This document shows positions 37,154 through 48,700 of a stretch of DNA of 54,369 nt, in pieces; positions within the stretch are counted from its first letter, which is position 1, and the number at the start of each line of letters is the position of its first letter. The stretch is taken from contig NW_024705324.1 of assembly GCF_018977255.1 (NCBI RefSeq), forward strand, positions 1 to 54,369, read 5' to 3'. The DNA comes from Callorhinchus milii (taxonomy: Eukaryota). The position numbers and the translations under genes were made by a program. The notes under the pieces are model-generated. The model saw only the letters and a list, made by a program, of their open reading frames with translations. It ran no database searches and had not been told where the DNA came from.

Positions 37154-38004
37154 GTAGAGCGCTCACGGAGCCAGGGCGAGTGCCCCAGTTCGCGTGTTCA
37201 TTGTGTTTGTAAACGTGGCACATGCGTTGCAACACAAAACAATAACGCCACGTGCATTGTCAATACAAATATAGCCAATGGGTTCTAAAATAAGCGTAGA
37301 GTCAAGTTCACCAACTTGGATTTGTATATTGTAATAAAAATATGAACTACCGCTGAATTTCAAAAGAAGAAATTTACGATTAACACACAAATCCCTTGAG
37401 TTAATTGGTTGGTAATATATGCAGGCATTGGCATAAAAATTGTAACCTCATCATCCTGTAATGTACATCAGATTGAGGCCACTTGACACTACATTAAAAA
37501 TTTTCATTTTACCAAATGTATACCAACCATTATTAATGCTGAACACGGAAGGGCTTTTAACATCAGGAAAGCCAGAAGCAGTTATATTTCAGCACTGACT
37601 GCTGATGAGTCTTTGAAAGTTTAAACCAATCCCGAGATTGCCTGCCTCAACAAATGTTAACCCTGCTAAACTATGGACTTGGCAACGTAACGCTCTGGTT
37701 GTAATTCACTCTCGCAGTGGATCATTATTTTGAATGTTGGTTCACAATCACTGCAACTCGATGTCAAGTGCCACAGACACCCTTGCCATAATATCGGACA
37801 CCAAGTGGCAACAATTTTAGAGGCCACACCTTGCTGATGAGAATATTGAGTCATAACGAGTCCATGGCTTTGTCTTGATTACAACCAACAACACTGGGAA
37901 TGCAAATGGATAGCGCAGCCCAGCTCATCGCGTCTACCAATCACCGTGTGGTTAACGTGGCTGGAGGTGAACTGACTCGCGCCCCCTGTGTCTGACTCCT
38001 GCAG

Positions 38005-38027
38005 GTTCACCTGAAAGAGACAAACCG
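38005..38027 (+). CDS. TRIM exon 4 (23-nt micro-exon)
   Basis: cctgcag|GTTCACCTGAAAGAGACAAACCG|gtatgg; size and phase fit the neighbouring exons. Confidence 0.75.
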
Positions 38028-38089
38028 GTATGGACTCATGAACTCGCACAAATAACACACGGGGTGACGCCTTGTGTGGAATATGGGCT

Positions 38090-38300
38090 GATGATGATGA
38101 TTATGTGTGATGATGATGTGTATGATGATCATGCTGTGTGATGATGTTGTGTTATGTTGTGTGATGATGTGTGGCATGATGCTGTGTGATGATGTGTGTA
38201 ATGCATGTGTGATGATGCATGTGTGTGTGGGTGATGATGTTGTGTGTGATGATGTGTAGTATGATCTGTGTATGATGCTGTGGTGTAATGATGCTGTGTA
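38090..38300 (+). repeat. Low-complexity (TGA/TG)-rich repeat
   Basis: tgatgatgtgtg variants. Confidence 0.85.
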
Positions 38301-38342
38301 AGACACGGGCTGTGTGTGTCACTGCTGGTTTTGGTCTCACAG

Positions 38343-38446
38343 GAGAGACGCTCAGAAGGAAGATCCACCCTCATCTCCCAGCAAAGAAGACATCGCCACG
38401 ATCAGCGCCCTGCAGGGAGCTGTGGTCAACCTGCTGGCATTCATGT
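38343..38446 (+). CDS. TRIM exon 5 (linker)
   Basis: ctcacag|G AGA GAC...ATG T|gtgagt; RDAQKEDPPSSPSKEDIATISALQGAVVNLLAFM; T joins AC of exon 6 to give Tyr. Confidence 0.8.
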
Positions 38447-38519
38447 GTGAGTTCCACGGACTCTTACCACCTGTGCGGTGTGTTATTGTGCGTGTAATTG
38501 TGTCTTGTGTGTATGTTGC

Positions 38520-38800
38520 GGAGCGGTGGCATAGTGGTTAACGTGCTACAATATGAACCTGGCAACACAAATTCGATTCCCGTTCACAGCCAACACCAGT
38601 GACAATTTTCTGAACCGGTCATGAGCCTCCCCTAGGTCGACTCAGCCTCAAATGACTACCTGGTGTAGTGTGTAAAAACTGCCACTAGGGAGACAAAGGC
38701 GGCCTTACGTGGTGCTGGCCACCCACCCCCTCATGTTCCATACCGGCCTTGAAGTGTCACTCGCTAACAATTCTTGCCCCTACAGCCTGTTTGTCTGTTT
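38520..38800 (+). mobile_element. tRNA-derived SINE (family of 4735-5040)
   Basis: tggcatagtggtt...ttcgattcccg head; ggtcgactcagcctcaaatga body. Confidence 0.8.
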
Positions 38801-40363
38801 GTATACGTATGTGTAGATGAGCGAGAGTGAGTACGGATGTGCAATGATGATGGGATGCTCTGTGCACTGAGCTACAAACATGGTCACCTACACGTGACTC
38901 ACGGCCATGGCTATCATCAATGGTGAGTGGATTCAGAACCAATTCTGAGCCTCTCCCAGATGAACCCTTGGCTTAAACGAGTACCGGGTACGTCCTGTAA
39001 GCATCAGCACTGCGGACACAAATCGGCCTGCAGAATTCATATGGTGAAATGGCTTTTATAACTACATCAATATAAATTTAAATAATGTTGTGGCTTGGCT
39101 CTCCAACACACCGGCGTGCTGTACTAGTGACGAATTGGCATGTTCTGTTTACGTGACAACCCTTACTAGTTGTCTGTGTCGGGTGGTGGCAGGTTTAACG
39201 ACACATTTATATATTTACGCGATCTAACCCCAAAAAAACCTCTTATGTATTATATAAACTTAGGGTTGATTGGTAATGCCCAAGGATCATACATCCAGAC
39301 TAAGACACGTTGAAGATTTTTAGGCTTCATGTCAACAGCTTGATGCTCAGAGAGTCAAACTAAGGCATTTTTAGTATTCTTAGGTTCCCCAGTTAATGGC
39401 TGAGGCTCACAGAGCGAGATTAAGGCATAATCTTGGTCAACCTTGTCTATCACTACACGGCACGTGCAAACATCAACATTACGACTGTAATGTATTCATT
39501 AGACAATAATATATAGCACACACACGAGTGTATTTCACTATTACATAAGCTCCATTGATATTACACGCGTGTATTATCCAGTAAGGATGCTGTTGGCCAA
39601 AGTAACCATTGTAGCAGATGAAACTACGAGTATAAATCTTCTCTGTAATGGATGTCATCATCAGACTCGAGCCAGACTACATCACGTAGTGATGCGTAGG
39701 ATTCATTGTTAATGATGTAGGCTCATATCCATACTAAGGCAGCCTTAAGCTAAGATTATTGGGGTTCTATGTAATACCGAGGCTCACAGAGCCAGACTGG
39801 GCTATCGTGTGGCTGACCACGTGTATCACTGTGCAAACAGATACATTGCTATTGCCCATGTATTGCAATACCTCTACGTTCACATACAGCACACACACGA
39901 GTGTAAAGGAGTATTACATGAGCTCTATTAACCCTACACGTGTGTATAATTGAGTGAGGATGCTGTTGCTATTCTGCGTGTGAGTGTTTTACACAGAGAC
40001 ACTGTGGCTGATATTCTTAGGATTCATTTTTAGTGCTTGAGGCAGCGTGATACAGACTCAGACACAGTTAGGATTCTTAGGGTTCTGTGTTAAAGTCTGA
40101 AGCTCTCAGCATCAACGGCACTGAGCCTTTGACACATACAGGCTGTGGCTGATATTATTAAGATTCATTACACTGTGTAATAAATAAAAATGTCCCTGGG
40201 TAGTAAGTGTTATTTTATAATTGCTTATGCCTCAAATGTACACAAAATGGCTATTATTCCCCACAAACTTTGCTTTTGTGACCAGGACAGTGATATTTTG
40301 AAATTTACACATTTTCAATGGGAATTCCAGATAGATTCAGTGCTGAGTAGTAACTTGTAGTAA

Positions 40364-40440
40364 CTTCTAGAACATTCAAGAACTTTCCAGTAATAAAAAA
40401 GTAGTATAAATACAGGACCCTTAAGCCCACCAGTTCAGTT
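40364..40440 (+). promoter_or_regulatory. Heat-shock element with TATA box and Inr
   Basis: cTTCtaGAAcaTTCaaGAActTTCc (5 alternating nGAAn units, 40364-40388), TATAAATA at 40405, TCAGTT at 40435. Confidence 0.6.
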
Positions 40441-40442
40441 TA

Positions 40443-40670
40443 CAGTGGTACCTCGGTATGCGTCGTTAATTCGTTCCAGAAGGTAGGACTTATACCGAAA
40501 ATGACGTATACCAAACTAATTTTCCTATAAGAAATAAATGGAAAGGAAATAATCCGTTCCAGAGTATAAGAAATTATATTTAATATGGCATAATATACAT
40601 TAATGGGGTTGTATAAAATAAGAATTAGACTTAACGTATTACTAAAATGCATACATAAATTCAAATAAAT
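40443..40670 (+). mobile_element. Tc1/mariner-pogo (Tigger-like) MITE fragment
   Basis: TA|CAGTGGTACCTCGG terminus; right end not seen. Confidence 0.5.
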
Positions 40671-40671
40671 G

Positions 40672-42750
40672 CACACACGAGTGTACATCACTACACCTAT
40701 CACACACACACACACGAGTGTACATCACTACACTATCACACACAGTGTACATCACTACACTATCACACACACGAGTGTACATCACTACACTATCACACAC
40801 ACACACGAGTGTACATCACTACACTATCACACACACACACGAGTGTACATCACTACACTATCACATCACACACACACACGAGTGTACATCACTACACTAT
40901 CACACACACACGAGTGTACATCACTACACTACACACACACACACGAGTGTACATCACTACACTATCACACACACACACACGAGTGTACATCACTACACTA
41001 TCACACATCACACACCACACACGAGTGTACATCACTACACTATCACACACACACACGAGTGTACATCACTACACTATCACACACACACACGAGTGTACAT
41101 CACTACACTATCACACACACGAGTGTACATCACTACACTATCACACACACGAGTGTACATCACTACACTATCACACACACACGAGTGTACATCACTACAC
41201 TATCACACACACACACACGAGTGTACATCACTACACTATCACACACACACACACCGAGTGTACATCACTACACTATCACACACACACACGAGTGTACATC
41301 ACTACACTATCACACCACCACGAGTGTACATCACTACACTATCACACCACCACACGAGTGTACATCACTACACTATCACACACACCACGAGTGTACATCA
41401 CTACACTATCACACACAACACACACGAGTGTACATCACTACACTATACCACACACACAACACACACGAGTGTACATCACTACACTATCACACACACACGA
41501 GTGTACATCACTACACTATCACACACACACGAGTGTACATCACTACACTATCACACACACACACGAGTGTACATCACTACACTTTTATCACACACCACAC
41601 CACGAGTGTACATCACTACACTATCACACACACCACGAGTGTACATCACTACACTATCACACACACACCACGAGTGTACATCACTACACTATCACACACA
41701 CCACACGAGTGTACATCACTACACTATCACACACACACACACGAGTGTACATCACTACACTATCACACACCACATTACACACACCACACACACGAGTGTA
41801 CATCACTACACTATCACACACACACACGAGTGTACATCACTACACTATCACACACACACACGAGTGTACATCACTACACTATCACACACACACGAGTGTA
41901 CATCACTACACTATCACACACACCACACGAGTGTACATCACTACACTATCACACACACACGAGTGTACATCACTACACTATCACACACACACGAGTGTAC
42001 ATCACTACACTATCACACCACACACACGAGTGTACATCACTACACTATCACACACACACGAGTGTACATCACTACACTATCACCACACACACGAGTGTAC
42101 ATCACTACACTATCACACACACGAGTGTACATCACTACACTATCACACACACACACGAGTGTACATCACTACACTATCACACACACACAGTACATCACTA
42201 CACTATCACACACCGAGTGTACATCACTACACTATCACACACACACACGAGTGTACATCACTACACTATCACACACACACACCGAGTGTACATCACTACA
42301 CACACACACACGAGTGTACATCACTACACTATCACACACACACACACGAGTGTACATCACTACACTATCACACACACACACGAGTGTACATCACTACACT
42401 ATCACACACCACACACACGAGTGTACATCACTACACCCACTCATCACACACACACACACGAGTGTACATCACTACACTATCACACACACCACACACGAGT
42501 GTACATCACTACACTATCACACACACACACACGAGTGTACATCACTACACTATCACACACACACACACGAGTGTACATCACTACACTATCACACCACACA
42601 CACACGAGTGTACATCACTACACTACCACCTATCACACACACACACACACGAGTGTACATCACTACACTATCACACACACACACACGAGTGTACATCACT
42701 ACACTATCACACACACACACGAGTGTACATCACTACACTATCACACCACA
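40672..42750 (+). repeat. Compound minisatellite, core GAGTGTACATCACTACACTAT plus variable (CA)n
   Basis: Roughly 60-65 units of ~30-35 bp. Confidence 0.98.
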
Positions 42751-43068
42751 CCTCGTGTGCCGTGCCGGCCTTCACAGGTGCTCACCAACACCACTTGCCC
42801 CTACAGCCTGTGAAAGGTGACACACGGGAGATGTTTGTGTTTGTTGTACACACACAGAGACGCTGCGGCGGTGTTGATATCCACGCTGCGCTGCTGCTGT
42901 GATCCACTGCCTCCCACGGGCACTACCGCACAGTGGGGCTGAACGATGAATCGATTTCAAATCGAAGTCGCAATTTGAAACAATGCGATTAGCAAATCGC
43001 AAAGGCTGCGATTTTTGAAAAATGTTTATTTTTTATTATTAGAACTTTATTGATTTAACTTAACAATT

Positions 43069-43553
43069 AATTCTAGATTTGAAGCTTTCGTGACTGCAAG
43101 GATTCATACTCTTAGGTTTTTTCGGTAAAGTCACGTTGGTAAAAATATAATAAATAAATAATAATAAATGAAAATAACTCAATTAAATCACGACGTTTCG
43201 GAGGCAACACAAGTCTCCGTCTTCAGGTGGGACCGTCACAGCTAAATTTACTGTATCACTTTATTTTATTATTATTTTATTATTAGTTAATTTTATAATT
43301 TTTTTACCATTTAGTTAATACTATTTTATTATTATTTCGATAGTATTTTATTAAAAAACATATTATTATTTTATTATTTATCAATATAGTTTATCAATAT
43401 TTTATTTTATTATTATTGTTGTATTAGCAATTTTTATTTTATTATTATTTCAATTATTTTGCGCTATTATTTATTTATTATATTTTATTATTGTATTATT
43501 ATTTTATTTTATTTTTTATTATTATTATTTTACCTACGTGACTTTACCGAAAA
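43069..43553. mobile_element. Fold-back PLE-derived insertion, inside a probable hAT-like fragment starting ~42934
   Basis: TSD aacttaacaatt at 43057-43068 and 43554-43565; pLTR block at left and its inverted copy (acgtgactttaccgaaaa) at right. Confidence 0.75.
43188..43230 (-). ncRNA. Minimal type I hammerhead ribozyme (second PLE subfamily)
   Basis: cac-CTGAAGA-c-GGAGAC-ttgtgtt-GCCTCC-GAAAC-GTC-gtg; stem II covaries relative to the copy at 1306. Confidence 0.75.
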
Positions 43554-44083
43554 AACTTAACAATTGTTCTATGTTTGATCGTTCTATTTCAATTAAAAAT
43601 TTTAACAAATACATGTTGGAAGCAATTAATATATTTTAAGTTTTCAGCCTTGCATTAGAATATATAGAGCAGTTCACATTTTGATGGTATCATCACATGT
43701 TTTACATCTATTACACAGTGAATATTGAACTGAAGCTCGACTTTTAAAAATGTAGATGGCGGGGCAGACAAACGCACCGCTGTACTGTACTTCTGTGCTC
43801 TCGCCAGCCGCGCCGCCTGCCTTCACCAACGCGCGGTGACCGGCGTGGTGAAGTATGGTCAAATATCCCCCGCGACCCGCACGGTGTAGGGAGGCCCTCA
43901 TCCAGCAGTGGATTGACAAAGTGCCCGTTACATGTCATCACACCGATAGCTACGCATTACAACGTTGTATAACAATGCTCATTATGAATTGCTCTATTGT
44001 AGTGTACGTGCGTGTTAGTGCACGAGTGCTGTTGTTATAGTGGTGCTGTTGTTACACGGCTACTGTGATTATCGTTACTGCAG

Positions 44084-44622
44084 ACGGACGCTCACCGACT
44101 CTGGACCCAAACTCGGCCCACAACGACCTCCAGATTTCCTCGGACCTCAGGACGGTGACGTGGACCGCTGTCTCCCAGGGTCGCCCCGATCACCCACACC
44201 GCTTTGATGCTATGCACAAGCCCTGTGCTCCGAGAGCTTCTCGTCGGGTCAGCACTACTGGGAGGTGGACGTGGGGGGTGCGGGGAGCTGTGAGGTTGGA
44301 GTCGCGTACGGGACGATCGCACGGAAAGGGGTGGTGAAGAGTGCAGCCTGGGAAGGAACGACTCATCCTGGGTTTTATATAAAATAACAACAGCTGCTCA
44401 GTGCTCATGGTGGTGTAGGACCTCAGTGCCGGTGAGGGATCCTCCCCGGAGAGTCGGGTGTCACCTGCACTGGGAGGCGGGGCTGCTGTCGTTTTACCGC
44501 GCCGACTCCATGGAGCTGCTGCACTCCGTCCACCACTCGTTTAGTCAACCGCTCTACCCCGCACTGGTGTGTGGGGTGATGGTGACTCAGTGAGGATTCT
44601 GGATCTGAGTCGTGCGTCCTGA
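44084..44622 (+). CDS. TRIM exon 6: PRY/SPRY (B30.2) domain with several small deletions
   Basis: actgcag|AC; GRSPTLDPNSAHNDLQIS..HPHRFD/YAQALCSESFSSGQHYWEVDV..VGVAY/CSLGRNDSSW/RVGCHLHWEAGLLSFY..FSQPLYPAL; stop position approximate. Confidence 0.9.
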
Positions 44623-44689
44623 GAGCACGGAGTGTGAGCAGCGCAGAGAAACGGGCACAACGCACAGACTCACGCACACAAAGACACAG

Positions 44690-45500
44690 ATCCCCCGTGT
44701 AGCCTTAACAGGCTGTTGGGGCAAGTGCTGTTAGCGAGCACCTATGGGGCCGTCCATAAATGACGTCACGCACCTGGGGGGGGGGGGCAGACATTTGTGA
44801 CGATGGGGGGGGGGTTGAGAAATGTGACGTCACGTCAAAATGAGCAACTTTAAATAAATATAGACAACACGTTCTACTTAGTTAAATAGACTTTTTAATA
44901 AATGTTTTCTCCTACAACATCAGAGTGCAGCGCCACATTAAATATGCACTACAATGACAATAGTTTAAAGCTATTTGAGACATGTTTTATTTTTTTTGGG
45001 GGGGGGCAGAGCTTTGTGACGTCATATTTGAGGGGGGGTCTGACTTTTGTGACGCCGTGTGACGAAGGGGGGGGGGTCAAAATCGCGTGACGTCATTTAT
45101 GGACGGCCCCTATGAAGGCCGGCACAGCACACTAGGGGGTGGGTGGCCAACACCACGCCCGGCCGCCTTTGTCTCCCCAGTGGTGACTTTTACACACCGT
45201 ACTAGGAACTATTTTTTTCAGGCTGAGTCGACCTAGGGGAGGCCCATGACCGGTTCACCAACACCAGTGACGATTATCGGAATCGGTCCAGGCTCTCCCC
45301 TAGGTCGACTGAGCCTCAAATGAGTACCTGCTGCGATGTGCAAACATCGCCACTGGGGAGACAAAGGCGGGTCGGGCGTGGTGCTGGTCACCGACCCCTC
45401 GTGTGCCACAGTGCCGGACTTCATAGGTGCTACTAGCAAACAGCACTTGCCCCTACAGTCTGTTAAGGCTACACGGGGGATAATTTTCTTTGGGTTAGTG
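44690..45500. mobile_element. Two head-to-head SINE bodies (minus 44690-45270, plus 45270-45500)
   Basis: Homologous to 4735-5040; the minus copy is interrupted by the MITE at 44746. Confidence 0.75.
44746..45110. mobile_element. PIF/Harbinger-type MITE
   Basis: Perfect 26-bp TIR ggggccgtccataaatgacgtcacgc; TAT TSD; empty site gagcacctatgaaggccggc visible in the SINE copy at ~4811. Confidence 0.92.
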
Positions 45501-45720
45501 GGTTGGTCTGTATCCCTTGTCTTGTGTGTGTCTTGTGTCTTTGTCTGTGTCTTTGTTACTGTGTCTGTGTGTGTGTCTTTGTTACTGTGTCTGTGTGTGC
45601 GTCTTTGTTACTGTGTCTGTGTGTGTGTCTTTGTGCATATTTTTGTTTTGGTGCTGGCCACCCACCCCCTCGTGTGCAAGAGTGACAGCCTTCACAGGCT
45701 CTGCTACTTGCTACGAACAG

Positions 45721-45750
45721 NNNNNNNNNNNNNNNNNNNNNNNNNNNNNN
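45721..45750. other. Assembly gap (30 N)
   Basis: Run of n. Confidence 1.
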
Positions 45751-48700
45751 ACGTAAACGCATCTACAAGCCGACATCTAGTATAAAAAGGGGGGTATTAC
45801 TCAGTACTGTGACGCGTCAAGTAACCGCAAAACTGCCGAGGTTAATTCAGGTGGCGAACAATTGCCTCCTCTAATCGAAGCAGTCCCGCCGCTGAACCCG
45901 CAGCCAGGATGCCCTCACCTGCTTGCTATAGGGATCCACCAATCATGGTACAGCCTCTTGAAAGAGGCAGAGACACTTTACTTGACTTTAGGTCTTAGAC
46001 CCTCCACCATACTATGCGATTCCCTGGACAACCCAGTTTGCCTTTATCCGATGCCCTCGCGCAGTCCCAGAATAAACTTCGCATGACGACTTGTACAATG
46101 GTCCGACTTTGCTTGGGACGCCGAGGGGGCTGGGCAATCACTTCTCCCTGTTGTGGCTACCTGGAACACTACAGCCGCCTTGGACACAGAAGGCATAACT
46201 TGGAAGTCTTCGTTAGCCGCTAAGCGGCCATACAGCGAAGTACCTTTGCTTGTCTTAATATGTTGGAGACTAGACACTTGGGATAGGTGACAACCTCGTA
46301 GTTATAGTCGTAACGTAAACGTACTGAGACATGGTGAATTGAAGGATACGGGGTAAGAGAAGGAATGAGACGATATCTGGCGGGGCCCTGCGCTGCAGCG
46401 CGGGCAGGACGCTCGTGTGCGCTTGCTCAACTTAGAATGCCCCACGTTAGCAAAAGTCATGCACGTAATCAAGGTTTAACACCACGCAGTCAGAGTCCTA
46501 TTCTTAGGTGTCGATCTTGTGATTGAACGCCAATTCCGTACTTGTCACCGTCGACATTGGGTCGTTCAGGTGGGCGGCCCAGCCCTAGTGTAATGCATAC
46601 TGAGGATCCACGTGTGTACTCACAGTCACTGTCCTCGCGAGCCACTGTGGCTATCGCTCTATCTCTATTTGGAGAAAAGCTCAGGACGGAGGGGCATCTG
46701 TTCGCTCTGAAAGCGTGCATTGGCGCGAGCAAACACTTATCGCCATCGTCTAATATATGTAGTCGTTTCTATCATTCCGCGGATGAATGAGAGTCAACGT
46801 ACGTTCGTTCGGGACATGGATGTCTACTAAACCGGATCTGGTATCTGAGCGGTGTACTCATTAACCGTAGCAGCAAAGTGGTAAAGGATCGCTGGGTGAG
46901 CTTATGGTCTGGCGTGCCCCAGGCAGGGTCTTGCTGACTAGCCTGCGCCTGGTAATAAAAATCGCGTTAAGCGATTGACAGCCCGCCGAAGGCTCAAAGA
47001 TATGGGTGCCACCCTGGGGCCGTTGTTTATACTAGCGTAATCAGCCAGATTGTTACCTAATATACATACGCTGTCATAGGTAATGATTGTCGTGGTCGAT
47101 CTTAAGTGCTGTGGACTTCGGCGTGACATACCTCGGGTTGTTCTGGTTAGAGTCAACGTGGAGCTAGGCGCACGGTTATTCCATAGCTTAAGCATCGATC
47201 TACTCTATTGAGCAGTGCTGTCGCAGCCCACCAAGTTCACTGGTCTGTCAATGAAACAGGCCTACTGCCACCTCAACTAAGCCCGATCAATGCCTAGTAC
47301 TTGCAGACTTCAGATTGTCAACGGATCGCGCATTTTCGATGTTGATGGATAGAGTATATCTATGCATCAAACGCAGTGGGTTAGGTCGCGCCCATCCTGA
47401 GGGCACCAAATCCGAAGGCTTGTGTCGCGATTGCCAAGCCGGGGTGTGACCGCACTTTTCCGTTTCCGAAAGTTATCCCCAGACGTCTGGGTGTTTCTTG
47501 GTCACCTTTGAAAATCGCGATTGGAGGTGGCTGCGTGCACCTATCGGGCTGTCTCAGATAGCCTGAGTTGCCCAGATTGGTTCGAAAAAATATGTCTAGG
47601 TTCGCCGCAAACCACAGCCGTGAGGCGGGGACTGGCGTGATGCGGTATCATTGGCTCGTATTCCATTGCATTGACCATTCCATTAAAGTGACGCAAGCTT
47701 ATCAACTTCCTTTCCTTTTCCTTATGAAAACGGACGAATGCAGATGTTTCCTATGTTCCAATTACCGAATATTACCAAAAAGGATGCAAAGTAGGTATGG
47801 GTCCGCGACCATGATCCGGGTAGCCTGACTCGCACGAAACTATGAGCTTTACGTTTAAACCGTCGCGTTCCCGAGTGCGTCAGATTCGTTAAACTCTACG
47901 ATTATAGGGCAACACGCGACGGCACCGGGATCGGCTGACCCCATCCCAGAGCTTAAGTGCAACCTCTTAGATGCGGCTCATACGGTGACTCCGCGAATTA
48001 CTACTCCAGATGATAAAGTCTAGGACAAACCACGGCGCCGGGTTCTAATTTGTGAACATTACCCGGCAGTGCTCCATGTCGGAAGTCGATGTTCGTACAG
48101 TTGAGTCCATTTGCCTTTAGTAGTTAAGATAAATTACAAGCATCACCATAGTTGGATAGCGAGGTGAAGTTTAACAAATCCAGAAGGAGGGATTTGATAG
48201 AAGCAGCAAAGTTACAGTGTGTACCTTGATTATGCGTAAGTATGGTGGTTCATTCGTGGCTCCGCCGCAATGAGAACCACATTGTTTAGCTGAGATAAGT
48301 TAGCCAGGCTATTGCGCGGGACACGAGTGAGGCTACTTACCGGAATCTGTGCATGAGGTCGTTGTGATCATGAGTACCGGCGTCTGATGACATGCAAGGG
48401 ATGACCCGGGCATGTATTTGTGAGTCATGGCAATTGTTAAGGTTTAAAAGTTGCTGTTAAGCTTAAGTCTACAAAATGCAATAGAGGGTCGTCCCAGATA
48501 CGGAAGACGCTCCCGGTGGCGTTTAAGTTATTCCTGTCCGCAAGTGTCTTATACTTGAACCAAGCCTCATTCAGTTTTTGGTAACAATCCCACCAGGCAG
48601 GCGAAAGGAGGGAACAATTGCCCCATGCCTGAGGCTAAGGCCTGGGACCGCGGAGGCTTCACCCTCCGTCTGCGTCGAATCTCTGGGGGTACAGGTGTTA

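Noticed and set aside
40672..42750. CRISPR-like repeat/spacer appearance
   Set aside because: Spacers are only (CA)n variants rather than unique sequences; eukaryotic context and no cas genes
40669..42902. Three ~700-aa His/Thr-rich ORFs
   Set aside because: All three frames are open only because the minisatellite has no stop codons on this strand; the region is intronic
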